Below, piece by piece: positions 24,988-37,100 of a stretch of 64,000 nt of DNA; the first letter of the stretch is position 1; each line of letters begins with the position of its first letter. Origin of the DNA: Albugo candida (lineage: Eukaryota); assembly GCA_040437565.1 (NCBI GenBank), contig JBDOQK010000079.1, positions 1-64,000 of the forward strand. Direction: 5' to 3'. The notes under the pieces were generated by a model. It did no database searches, was not told the DNA's origin, and worked only from the letters and a program-made list of their open reading frames with translations. A program made the position numbers and the translations under genes.

Positions 24988-25871
24988 TCACAAGGCCGAC
25001 AATGCTGTTGCACGCACGGTGAAAGTTGGTGTCGATGGTATTGAATCCGGCGAAGAAACGAGGAATTGCCATTTACTCGCAATCCGAAGCCTCCAGAAAA
25101 CAGTTGTGGCAGCACATAACACTGTGACCATAATCCTCGCAATTATCGAGTCTCGGAATTGGATCAATCCTATCAAAATGATGAGCATTGAGAAGAAGGA
25201 GAGACCTGAAACGAGGACATGAAATTAGAAGGGTGTCCGAGCGTGTTTTCTTCTGTGTACAGACCTCCGTAAAAAAGACGATAAGCAAGCATCCATTCAC
25301 TTTCGCATCGCATGAGCCAATACATGTTGAAGGGTGATACCAAATCCAAATCCACTGTTTCTAGTAATCTGATTTCCGTCTCCAACGTGTGAGTCACAAA
25401 TCGCGTTATCGCCATCAGCAACAAAGTACAAATCAGAGTGCATATGAACATGCACAGAAACTAAACAATTAAAAGTGTGAGCCTTATACCACATCCCATA
25501 AATTGTGTCATCAAATACCTGTAGAGCTGCAATCCCAGCGTATATCGCCATTATAGTCTGATTGAAATTCTCTGGAACATTGATCTCCACAATTGCGGCC
25601 ATATTGAATCCTCCCAGTACCGTAGCCAGCTTAATAACGGCTATCAGCTGCCGTTGTCTCGCGTCAATCATCCGCTTCTCATTCGCCAACTTGAACAAAC
25701 GCTGTTCTCTCTCAATATCTTCATGTCTCCAAGTGATCTCACGGAGAATAGCATCTTCTCGCCATTGCTTTTCTTGTTCGCGGTACCTTACATCGTAACG
25801 CGCCAATGACGCGATACTTTCAAATCGTAAGAGCCAAAAACTGCATCTAAGATCGCGCCAACACCGGCCAT
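24988..25871 (-). CDS. Orai-like (CRAC-type) calcium channel, with an apparent frameshift near 25799
   Basis: QLIAVIKLATVLGGFNMAAIVEINV matches the Orai TM1 pattern (SALLSGFAMVAMVEV). Four hydrophobic segments across exons joined by introns near 25461-25518 and 25206-25265. ATG at 25871. Confidence 0.75.
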
Positions 25872-26016
25872 CTTGCTAATGTATACTACTCGATGTATCA
25901 CAAGGCCGCCAGCGTCAAGAGTGCAATCACACTTGCGAAGAGCTATCGTGGTACAACTTTTGTTCAATCGTATTGATTCTTTCCAAAAGCGCTCTATCCG
26001 TAGATGTTTATTTCTA

Positions 26017-26067
26017 CCAATCAAATTAGAGATTCAGCTCGTATGACTATCAATAATTCAGGATTGG
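26017..26067. promoter_or_regulatory. Oppositely oriented CCAAT boxes in a putative bidirectional promoter
   Basis: CCAAT at 26017 and ATTGG at 26063 lie in the roughly 265 bp between the divergent starts at 25871 and 26136. Confidence 0.3.
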
Positions 26068-26135
26068 CTGAATATACATGTGACCTTTACAGACAGACAT
26101 TTTGAGATCTGCCATTAAGTCCTCGTGTTATCGCA

Positions 26136-27498
26136 ATGTCCCTAGCAAGACAACGATGTTTGCGTCATGTTTTATGTGTCCTATTACTCCTCCCCCAACT
26201 TTTCCTTAATGGAGTGGCAAAGAAAGTTTGCACTCGCACGTTCAAAGACCGTTTGCATCCACGCGATCGTCCTGTCCAACCCTTGACACCAGAGCAGAAA
26301 AAAGAGCTGGATACGTTTCCACGACATTTTGATTGGTGTGAGCTTGGGATGTGTGCTCCCTCATGGAATCAGCATAATCCTCGATACTGTGGGTCTTGTT
26401 ATGTCCATGGATCACTCTCCAGTGCTCAAGATCGAATCAAGATTATGAACTTTCTGAAGTATGGTAAAGCAAGACCAGATGTCATGCTTGGGCGTCAAAG
26501 TTTTCTTAATTGTGCACCAGGTCATGGTCTTTCGGAAGGATGCAATGGCGGCGAACCCAAAGATGTGTTCGAATTTATGCATCACTATGGCCTTCCCGAC
26601 GAAACCTGTATGCCCTATAGTGCAACAGACCACACCAAATACAAAAATACTAATGGCACATGTCCGCCGAGCGGATACTGCGTCAAGTAAGTGTGTCTAT
26701 TTCTGTATTTTCATACAACTAAATGTCTGAAAATGTAGTTGTATGGAAGCTTGTTTTCCAGTCACTCGAGTAGTACGGTACCGAGCTAAAAGATTTGGAC
26801 ATTTACAGGGAGAGCACGCAATGATCAAAGAATTACAAAATGGTCCAATCACATGCGGAATTGCTTGTAATAAAGCATTTAGTTGGAATTACAGCGCTGG
26901 GATTATGAACGATACGACCGGGTTTATGGAGCTGGACCACGATGTCGAGATTGTTGGCTGGGGAGAAGAAAATGGTGTAAAGTACTGGCATATTCGAAAC
27001 TCGTGGGGTACTTTTTGGGGGATGAATGGATTCTTCAAGATTGTGCGTGGAACAAATAATCTGGGGATTGAGTCAGACTGTCATTACGTTATCCCAGACA
27101 TTACGGAAGAAGAAGTCGTTTTTGAAGAACATCCGATTTACGGAGGATCACATTACGGCATTCGTCCACTTCTATCGAAAGAGGCTCAGAAGCATCCAAT
27201 TGCAAACACTAGTGACATCACATCAGGTCACGAGCAACTGGTACAGCAAGAGAATGCGGATGACGAAGTGTATGAAGACAGCGATACAGAAACTTATATG
27301 GGCAAAATTCTCGGGATGCAGCAGAATCTTGCATTACATGGCGAGGCGAAGAGTGTTGGTATTGAATCTTTCAGGCTCCCAGGCGCCGTGTCGTGGTTTT
27401 CCACCGGAGCTGTGCTAGTGTGCGGGATGCTTGGAATGATTGCTGGATATATTTTGATCAAGACAAATTTCAGGCGTTCGTACACGCGAATCCGTTAA
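26136..27498 (+). CDS. Cathepsin Z/X-like papain (C1A) cysteine protease with signal peptide and C-terminal TM helix
   Basis: NQHNPRYCGSCY, DHDVEIVGWG and RNSWG motifs. One intron at 26687-26738. Confidence 0.92.
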
Positions 27499-27581
27499 GT
27501 TTTATTTGGTTGTGTTTTTGTGAAATGAATGATAGTATCGATGTTTGAACGTACTCCAAGTCTTGTTTCACAACGACGGGC

Positions 27582-29152
27582 TCAAACACGCTCACTTTTT
27601 TTTACATTCGCTGCTGGATTCACGACCAGATTCGGGGTGATGTCGTCTAACACGGTGGAAACGTAATACGGATCTCCGCGAACTTTGGTAAATTCAGCCT
27701 CATCCCGTAAAACGTGCAGATACTTTGCTTGTAGTTGAACCGGTTTGGCTAGAACAGCATCCATCTCGTCCACGCGGTCTTTGAGAAACCTCACTTTATC
27801 CGTCATGTCTTGAAAATGAGGCAGATTGAATTTCGCTCGATGTATAAGTTTGTCCAACTTTCTTCGATAAATGTAATCATACACATTTGCATACTCGTAC
27901 TCTTGGTTCGTGATACTCCACCACGTGTACCCGATAATCGAAACTCCAAATCCAGTAAAGTACGTGACCGGCTCCATAATATCCCAAGAGAAATGAAAGA
28001 AAGAGAGCCAAAAATAGAGTCCAAATCCGCTGACAAGTGTTCCAGTAAGTAAATAAGAGAAGCAACTCGAGTATCGTGCGGCACTATTCTTCAATTGTTG
28101 ATATAGCTGTGCACAAGTAGCTACTTGCGGTTCCAAAATCAGGATTTGTTGTAGAATGTCGTCTCTTTTTTTCCGAAATTGTAGTGTGGAGTTTGGAGTC
28201 AATCCGATCGATTCATAGTACGCATCCAATACGATTTTTGGCTGCAAGAAAATAAAATCGCCAGATGGATCTTCAGCCGATGGCTTACCATAATAGAAGA
28301 CGATTCCCGTCTCCTGGAAGTGTTCCAAAAGTTTTGTAGCTTCTTTCTTTGAGATTCCGTGATCCACTCCAAGCTGGAAATACTCCTAATAAAAGATCCA
28401 TCGATTATACGCTCATTCATTGGTATGAAAATATCAGGGACTGTGATACCCTAAGGGATATTTTCCACTGGGAAGCGTTTTCCAAGGCGCCGCGAAATGC
28501 AATTATTGACGAGATACGAGCGAATGACTTGACATCGATTTGAGGTGCGCCAAGCTCAGCTCTAGAACTAAGTGCCAGATCTAGTGTGTTGAATACACAA
28601 AAGTCAGTCTTTCGTCATGATTAATTGGGTAAAATACCACGTTTGGTGTCTGGTACTCTAATAGGAATGGCTTGCTCATTCACAATTAATTGGAAATCTG
28701 TGGCAGCAACTCGCTGTATATTCTCTTCAATTGGTATGTTTTTCCCGCATCGACTACGAATGTGAACACTATTGATCCTAGGATCTTCCTTTTGGACTCG
28801 CTCGAGAAACTCTTGCACAGTTGTCTCTGTTTGTACATACGCTTGCTAAACCGGCAACTTGAATTCGACGATGTTACATACCTGGAAATATAGTGAAAAC
28901 ACGCTTCTCCTCCATATTTGGTGAGATTTGTAATGGCACTGGGAGTTTGTATATTCCGTTTTCATATTGTAACTCTGCACCCTGACGATCTCTCGACAAA
29001 ACGATTTCACTTTTCATAAAAGTATGGGTTACTTGAGCGTTCACGTACTTGTACATAGTAGCTTTGCATGATATAATGATGCTATCGGTTTGAAGCCCAC
29101 ATAATCGAACGTTGAGATATTGGTTTTGGGCCAGTTTACAGCATTGGAACAT
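27582..29152 (-). CDS. MCU: Mitochondrial calcium uniporter
   Basis: Two TM helices flank FSWDIMEPVTY (DIME motif), preceded by a coiled coil. Upstream exons lie in ORFs 28349-29158, with 5' exon boundaries approximate. Confidence 0.9.
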
Positions 29153-29490
29153 CGCCAAGCAACTCGCACATTCAATAGTCGAAATCGATGCATTTGAATT
29201 GCGCAGTACCTATTTTAAGGTGCACATATGGCAAGCCACATGAAGCATCGTATTTGGCTAGTTCTAAATGACTGTGCTTCCAAGCAATACTAAAAATACC
29301 GGTGATCCCACAATAAGCAAGCTACATAGCTAAAAGAGTAAATGTCTACAAGGCTTCTCAGAAAAGCATATTTCGAGTGTTCGATGAATGCGTGCATGTT
29401 GTCCTGCCGGTATTTCGTACTTAAGTACAGCCGTACTACTTAATTTGATTGGATGTAAATAGCACAACTCTTGCTATCCACAAAACTCGA

Positions 29491-30972
29491 ATGAAAGACG
29501 ATATTGCAATTGCGTCCATCTCTCAATGGAAATGGTGGAAACATCCCTATTACACGGAAAGCGGTTGGGAACCCTCTTTGACTCCCTACTATCAAGCGAC
29601 ACTAGTATTTGTCATTCTCATTTACGTCTTTGAAACGTATTTGAACTACCGGCAGTACAGAAAACTTGAGGAAAAAACCTTTCCCAAAGAACTGAAAAGC
29701 ATCATTCTCGAAATTGATGACAAGTCTCATAAAATTACAACGGATATTAAAAAGGACGGTAAACAAATTACGGAAGGTACCGCACCTGCTGAGGAATCCA
29801 CTTCGAAAACACTTCTTGAAACGACTTTGGACAAATTCGATAAAAGTCGAGCGTATGGGCTAGTAAAATGTAAATTTGCACTCGTGTCGGAGTTATATCA
29901 CTTAATTGAAGGGATACTCTTTATGATGGGAGGATATGTGGTCGCATTATGGACTCTTAGTGGCTATCTGCTCTCTGTGGCTGGCTGGAACCCCGAAAAT
30001 GAAATCACGCGTGCTGTCATCATGCTCTTCTTATCCACGTTACGGGATACGATAGCTGAACTCCCATTTGAATGGTACTCGACTTTTGTAATTGAACAAA
30101 CTCATGGATTCAACAAACAAACAATTGGGATTTTCCTCATGGACAAACTGAAACAATTACTACTTATGATTGCTATTGGGTACCCGCTCACGGCTATTCT
30201 CATTTTCGTCGTTCGATGGGGTGGAGAGTATTTCTACTTGTACACTTGGCTTTTTCTTTTTGTCTTCTCACTGATCATGCTGACAATCATTCCGATTTGG
30301 ATCATGCCTCTTTTCAATAAATTTACGCCATTGGAGGAAGGAAAGCTCCGTTCGGATATTGAGGCATTGGCAGCGAGTCTGAGTTTCCCATTAACAAAAC
30401 TGTTTGTATGTGATGGATCGAAACGATCAAGTCACAGCAATGCGTACTTGTATGGACTATACAAAAACAAACGAATTGTGTTGTTCGATACCTTACTTGA
30501 ACAAGCGTCCAATGAAGAAATCGTCGCAATTTTGGGTCATGAGTTGGGACACTGGAAGCTGTGGCATACGGGACAAAGTCTTATCTTTCAGCAAGTGTAC
30601 ACGTTTGCGTGTTTGTATCTCTTTGGATTGTGCATGAATGACGCCGACTTATTTGCAAGTTTTGGATTTGCTGTGAAATCAAAACCCGTTATGATTGGAT
30701 TTCTACTGTTCACACAGACATTATGGGCTCCCGTCAACCATCTGTTATCGTTCATGTTGACACTCAACACTCGTAAGAATGAATTTCAAGCGGATGCTTT
30801 CGCGACAGATTTGGGGTATGCGAAAGCACTTCAAACAGGTCTCACCAAGATTTCTATCGAGAATCTCAGCAATATGAATCCAGACAAGTGGTACAGCGCG
30901 TATCATTACGATCATCCACCGCTTTTGGAACGTTTATCCGCCATCAAGCAGCGTGAACGCAAGCAACAGTGA
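29491..30972 (+). CDS. STE24: CAAX prenyl protease 1 (peptidase M48)
   Basis: Multi-TM protein with DGSKRSSHSNAY, HELGH, NEFQADAFA and HYDHPPLLERL. First ATG at 29491. Confidence 0.95.
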   Translation: MKDDIAIASISQWKWWKHPYYTESGWEPSLTPYYQATLVFVILIYVFETYLNYRQYRKLEEKTFPKELKSIILEIDDKSHKITTDIKKDGKQITEGTAPAEESTSKTLLETTLDKFDKSRAYGLVKCKFALVSELYHLIEGILFMMGGYVVALWTLSGYLLSVAGWNPENEITRAVIMLFLSTLRDTIAELPFEWYSTFVIEQTHGFNKQTIGIFLMDKLKQLLLMIAIGYPLTAILIFVVRWGGEYFYLYTWLFLFVFSLIMLTIIPIWIMPLFNKFTPLEEGKLRSDIEALAASLSFPLTKLFVCDGSKRSSHSNAYLYGLYKNKRIVLFDTLLEQASNEEIVAILGHELGHWKLWHTGQSLIFQQVYTFACLYLFGLCMNDADLFASFGFAVKSKPVMIGFLLFTQTLWAPVNHLLSFMLTLNTRKNEFQADAFATDLGYAKALQTGLTKISIENLSNMNPDKWYSAYHYDHPPLLERLSAIKQRERKQQ

Positions 30973-31097
30973 GAGTGTAACTCCAAAGAAATCGAGACTG
31001 CGAGAGAGATATCCAACTCTGTGCTAAAACTAAATGTGCACTCTACCGATTACACTGCTTTTTTGGAATCGATTAGTTAGCTATCACTTCTGACTGC

Positions 31098-32850
31098 TTA
31101 CTTGTCGACGTGCAACCACAACAGATACCTCATTTTCGCCTGATTTCCATCAAAAATCACAAACTCGCTTTCCATCATTGAATTAGATGTCCTGACTATA
31201 TTAGGTCCCAAAGGCCATTCCGCACCAAATTGGTCTATAACATTACCCGCAATATCCGCATACTGTCTTCCTCGCATCATAATACTGTCGTGTGCAAACC
31301 GATTGAACGTGTTGGTTGCAATCATTCGATTACATTCGTGAATACGTCCGAGTGAAACCTCACACAAAAGAATCAGTGCATTGTGATCGTCGGAAGAACT
31401 TATTTTCGTAGTGAAACCAAGCGACTTGGAAGCCTATGCACTCAAACTGAGAAGGCAGTTGCACAATCTGAGGATACGTACTCTGTCTGCAAAGTAAATG
31501 CCTCTGTTTCCGGCTGAAAAAGGCTGAACTTCAGCCCTACGAAGAATTTGAATCCATTTGTTATTTCGATTTCCATGCCAAAGTATCTACCAAAATTGTC
31601 AGCTAATCCGCAGATTACATCTAAGGCGTACCTTCCGATTCTCAAGTTTTTTAAATGAGTCTTCTTGCAGTTCATTTCGAACACTAAATACTTTTTTCAA
31701 CTTCCAGAAATCCCTATGGCATCCCTGGTCGTTCCCACACGTATTTGTCCAATACTTTTCGACACATTTATAGTCAAAACTTCCAACGGGTACGACTTTT
31801 ATTTCGCATTGTAATTTGGAGAAAAACTCAGGTAAATAGCGATTGCACGTTCGTTTTTGAAATTGCAAAGACGGACGGAAATTGTCGAACGCATGCATTT
31901 TCAAATGATGGACGATNNNNNNNNNNNNNNNNNNNNNNNNNNNNNNNNNNNNNNNNNNNNNNNNNNNNNNNNNNNNNNNNNNNNNNNNNNNNNNNNNNNN
32001 NNNNNNNNNNNNNNNNTGCACAATCTGAGGATACGTACTCTGTCTGCAAAGTAAATGCCTCTGTTTCCGGCTGAAAAAGGCTGAACTTGCAAGCCACTAC
32101 GAAGAATTTGAATCCATTTGTTATTTCGATTTCCATGCCAAAGTATCTACCAAAATTGTCAGCTAATCCGCAGATTACATCTAAGGCGTACCTTCCGATT
32201 CTCAAGTTTTTTAAATGAGTCTTCTTGCAGTTCATTTCGAACACTAAATACTTTTTTCAACTTCCAGAAATCCCTATGGCATCCCTGGTCGTTCCCACAC
32301 GTATTTGTCCAATACTTTTCGACACATTTATAGTCAAAACTTCCAACGGGTACGACTTTTATTTCGCATTGTAATTTGGAGAAAAACTCAGGTAAATAGC
32401 GATTGCACGTTCGTTTTTGAAATTGCAAAGACGGACGGAAATTGTCGAACGCATGCATTTTCAAATGATGGACGATACAAGCCAGCTTGAACATACAGTC
32501 TACTCGACCAACTGCGTCAGACGTCTGGGGAATGCACGAGACGATTCTATCTTTCATTGTGTGGAGTGAAACAGGATCTGCCCGACGCGCGAGGTCTTCA
32601 TAAATGGTATCCAGAGTTCTCCAAGCCTGCAAGAGTATTAGAGGTCATTAGGTGAGAATTTTGAAAGCTAACTTCGGTCTTGTTGAATGTTTCGTTTTGA
32701 AAATTGCATCCATCTATCCAACTTAACGTTTTGGAGCATTTTCTGACCGATGTGATCATACATAAAAGACTCGAGACCTCTTCATGAACGGTGAAATCCT
32801 GATGGAATTCGTCTAATGTATAAAAGGGAAGTTGTTGATGTTCGTGGATT
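31098..32850 (-). CDS. Compact PARP-family ADP-ribosyltransferase, copy B (H-Y-E), partly duplicated across an assembly gap
   Basis: Removing introns ~32630-32672, 31587-31631 (= 32147-32191) and 31434-31481 gives NRKILWHGNRNNKWIQILRSGL...RGIYFADRASKSLGF...LLCEVSLG...SEFVIFDGNQAKMRYLL. Start uncertain: ATG at 32759, frame open to about 32850. Confidence 0.85.
31460..32476. other. 100-N gap with near-identical duplicated flanks
   Basis: 31460-31916 is repeated at 32017-32476, differing by three single-base indels. Confidence 0.9.
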
Positions 32851-33263
32851 TATTATCAAAAGTGTGAACCTGTTAAGCGGCAAGAAGACTCAACCGTATG
32901 CTTTCCACACGAGTACATATTCGATTTGACTCGAGGGTTACGAAACATCACATACTTGAGCCCGTTTTAAGTAGCAATTGCAGTTAATTTGTCACAAATG
33001 GCGTACAAAAGACCTCGTCGCAACATCCATACATTCGACATAGGTATGTTCTTGCGTATGTATCTATATTCCAAGTCTCACTGCCAACGGGATTTCACGC
33101 GAAATCTGACCCCGCTTCCCTTCATGATGGAGAAAGGATTATCAGTGCTTCGTATATTATTTAGGACAGAAATTGAGTACAATAGGATACGAGAGAGAAG
33201 TTGGTTCAAGGCATATGATGATCGGTACTCATTAGAATCCTACCCATTGTGCGCGAGTACCAC

Positions 33264-34154
33264 TTAATCGAAAAAAGCTCTGATTGTTTGCTGCATCTCA
33301 AATTTTTTCTTCGGGTCTAATCTAAGCGGACGATTCACACAGCCGACTTCGAGACAAACCATTTTCAAGTACTCGTCATCGGCGAAATCAGACATTTGTT
33401 TCGATTTGTCAATCCAAGGATTCCACAAGACAGCATCAGATTTGATAGCACGCTGAGGATCCCCATGAAAGAACGAATCTTTCTCAATCATAATTTTTAA
33501 CGTTTCACCATTCGGACGGTTTAACAAAGCCAGAAGCTTATTTGGAGCCTCCTTGTAGATTTGATCAGTTTCTTCTGTGATACAAATTGCGTCGTGTTGC
33601 TCCGTCTTCTCCATAGAATGTACCTTATCAAAATAACTGATTCCCTTCAACCCTTCAATTCTGCAATCTTTGCTTACATCGTCACACGCTAGATACGTAT
33701 GAAATAGTATCTGAAACTGTAGTTCTTCTTCAGAAGGATTGTGAACTTGTAGTGATGTCTTCAAAGAATCTGCATACACCCGCACAGTATATCTGAGCAC
33801 GAACTTGTGCGGCCATATAGAGCGCGTATACTCGTTGTCGTGGAGTGTAAATACACCGATCACAGGACTCGTTCCTTCATCCCCTTCTTCTCCAAGAAAT
33901 TCAAATTTCCAGTCATTCGATATTCGAGCAAAACCATGATTCGGGAGCTCATAAGCTGCTCCAAAGACTGGAAACACTATAGGAATTCCACCACGAATTG
34001 CTTTAGTACAATTAGTAACTGCTTTTTTCGATAAGAAAAGGATATCGTTGTCCTTATGGCTTGCAGGGTAAAAGCTTTTTATGGTTGCTCCAAATCGAAA
34101 GATCTCAGCGCGAGCACCCGAAGAATGTTCGAGTCGTATCAATGAATCGGACAT
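33264..34154 (-). CDS. Glucose-6-phosphate 1-epimerase (aldose 1-epimerase family)
   Basis: AIRGGIPIVFPVFG, HGFAR, FHTYL, VLWNPW and MVCLEVG motifs. Confidence 0.92.
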   Translation of the reverse strand: MSDSLIRLEHSSGARAEIFRFGATIKSFYPASHKDNDILFLSKKAVTNCTKAIRGGIPIVFPVFGAAYELPNHGFARISNDWKFEFLGEEGDEGTSPVIGVFTLHDNEYTRSIWPHKFVLRYTVRVYADSLKTSLQVHNPSEEELQFQILFHTYLACDDVSKDCRIEGLKGISYFDKVHSMEKTEQHDAICITEETDQIYKEAPNKLLALLNRPNGETLKIMIEKDSFFHGDPQRAIKSDAVLWNPWIDKSKQMSDFADDEYLKMVCLEVGCVNRPLRLDPKKKFEMQQTIRAFFD

Positions 34155-37100
34155 CCTGGCTTTTGTTAAATAGTATCTTGAACTTGGTTATAACTGAAAA
34201 AAAGATCTTTATGTATCAGTTTACAGCGCCGCCAAATGGATTATGGCTCTACTCATTATAACCATACCGCTACTCAGCGATGCGTATCAGAGATATTAAT
34301 ACTGTTTTCAGAATGATAATTCGAGAGAGGAATGATTACTTCTGCTAACGTTTGAGTGGTTCTCTTTGTACAATTTGGTGAACTGCGGTCTGAGTTACAG
34401 ACACTTGATGTCGTGAGTGTGAGACCTATTGCACGAATTTGGATGATATGGCGAGACTATCCTAAAGTATTATAGTTGTGAGAAGCGGCGCAGAATGTTT
34501 ACAAAATGGCGCCATCAGGCTGTCCTGAGGTCCAACTGAATGGGTGTAGTCTGACATTTTGCAAGTAGCTCGTTCTTGCCAATATACCCAGGATAATGGG
34601 CACCAAGGAAGCGACGGGTTAGCTGCCCTCTTCTTTTTTCATTCCATCCGGAAAGCAGTATTGGTGCTGGGTACACCTGGAACGAGATCATACGTCCGCA
34701 GAGATAATCCGAAGAAGTATTCGTAGCTTTAGCAATTCAGAACGCCTGTTTTGCGTTGGCTTTCCGCTGTTTCATCAAAACCCGAGGTGACTAATCTTCA
34801 ACGTCCCCCAATCACTGCCCGCAGCTTTGACAATTTCTTTCCTCTCTGTTTTGGCCGCATATATATGAAGGGATCACCGGAGGATATCCTTTTGAGTATT
34901 GCCGAAGTACGTGGAGAGGGTCTTTTATGAGAATGAACTGTTTCGACATCATCAGCATACACTATCATGTTGAGGTTCAAGCCGCTCCATCGTTGCTGGT
35001 TCAGCTAGGCACGAAAGGGCACGGAAAATGCTATAAGTCAATTGATAAAAAACGTATGGAAATGTGAATCCCTCAATGCGGTGGTATGGCTGAAAGCGGA
35101 TGAAAAGTGATCGATTTTCAAGGTAGAAACGGAGCGTTATACCTATTGAGAACCGCACCAAAGGTCGTACACAAAGACTTATAGTTTCAAAGGTATATCG
35201 GGAACTCCCTTAGCAACTATCTTATGTCTCTCTACGACCTTTCACTGCCTACGACTATTCAGGAGATGGTGACCTTCCACCAGTGGAGGTCTTCAACTTA
35301 CCGTCGCTACAATCAGTAGATCCGGTTTCCAACAATACCGATGGCTAAGCTTTTTTCAACGCCCAATCATTTATTTGAACACGACCAAAACACTCTTTCG
35401 CTCATCATATTTAGTTTAGGAATAAAGTTATCGGTTGCTCGCCCAAAAGTATTCGAACGCGTCAGAAATTTGGCATATTCAAGACGGGGTATAAATGAAA
35501 GGTGGTATTGACATGAAAATACCGACGCCTTATGTGCATACTTGATATCGAATGGAGCAAAACACCCAGCAGTATTATCAATTTATATCAGCTCGAACAG
35601 CGTACAGCCAATACATATACTTGCCTTCGTGGCTCATTTGATTTGGTATAAAATAAGTAGGCTCCGTGATGCAGGCTCCTTTTTTTGGTGCAAGCCTGCC
35701 GCGGTTGTGACAGACTGATTGGAAAAAGCGGGGAGTCGGATGCTAGGATTTCTCCGTCGAATGCAACTCACAGGATTTTCCGCAGCGTTATGCAGCCCTT
35801 ATGATCGATTGCTTCCCGAAGAGAGAAAGATCATTTGAATTTTCACTGGGATGATCAGATTGCGAAGACGGTGAAGTTCGACCTTGTATGTGAAGATTCG
35901 TTATTGCAGTATGGAGGCAAAGGCGATTTCACTCCGGTTCCAATACTGCGTCTTCACGATCCTGATATGCATTCTTCCTGAAAAGATAATGCTTTGGACT
36001 TGATGGATCTAATAATCGCGCTGAGCCTCACTGAGTTTGTTCGCGGTGATCTTTAAAGTAACGGAGTAAAAGTGGGTGTGTGATAGAAGAAGCAATATAT
36101 TTGTTCACTCGTCAGATGCCGTGATGTCGAGTCAAATTCTTTTTTTTGTTCGAGTGAAAGAGAACCTATTCCTGCGCGGTCTTAAATGTGACGAGAGCTT
36201 GGCTCTAATAATTACGTTAGCTGCTATGGTTTCCCGATTTATGACGGACCATTCTACTTCAGGGAGTGGCGAACGATTGGCACTAAGGTGATACTGGAAT
36301 TGTTTTGTGAGAATGCAATTCATGTGGATCTTGCAATGTGTGGATCTTGATGTAAGATATGATAAGAGCTTATAGTGTTTTCGTGGTTAATGTCGACGGA
36401 GATGTCAGCATGCGATAAAGCATTCATGAGCCAGAATTCATATCTAGTAGGGTAGAGAATGTAGTCAGTCTTATTAAACATGGGACTTGCAGTAAGGATG
36501 CCTTGCCACTCCGTACGTTTGATCTCGTTTCCCTAATACTTTGTTGAACCGTTGTAGTGAAGATGCACTGTAGTTGCGGCATCCTCGAGATTGTAATACC
36601 GTAACAGAGCCTGACACAGGGATGCTTTCGATTTGAGCATTTAAGTAGCCAATAATGACACATAATCTGTTTCGAAGTCCCTTTATGAAAGGTTAAGATC
36701 GTCGATAACTTGATTTAGCGTTGACGTTACCCCGAGTCAAGGGATTGATTACTGATGATTTTAGCTAGATTTGAGCTTTATAGATTGATCCGGACAATGA
36801 CTTATCGTTCAGTGACTGTCTAATAGCGGTGTATGTGTGGTATGATGATGTGTCAGATGCTGAATTCTCAACTATGATACGGATAGAGGGGCCTAAAATA
36901 TTATCCTAGCGTCATACAGCTGCGTGGGGTTGGGCTCTTTGCATGCATATCATTTCTTGTAGAGATCAAATGTTGCAGTCAATTCGTAAGTGATGCTGGT
37001 ATTGAATCTGATGTACGGATACGGACGATGAGGTCTGCTAATAATCAATTTGTATATCAGAATGAGTTGGAACAAAGACGTTCAGAACCCGGTCTTTGGA

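Noticed and set aside
13124-30972. VPS9, REP and Ste24 as a Rab/prenylation cluster
   Set aside because: Ste24 is about 13 kb away with unrelated genes in between, and nothing beyond proximity supports co-regulation.
35690-35830. CRGCDRLIG as a possible CCG/CHxC effector motif
   Set aside because: The spacing is off, and there is no signal peptide or sustained ORF.
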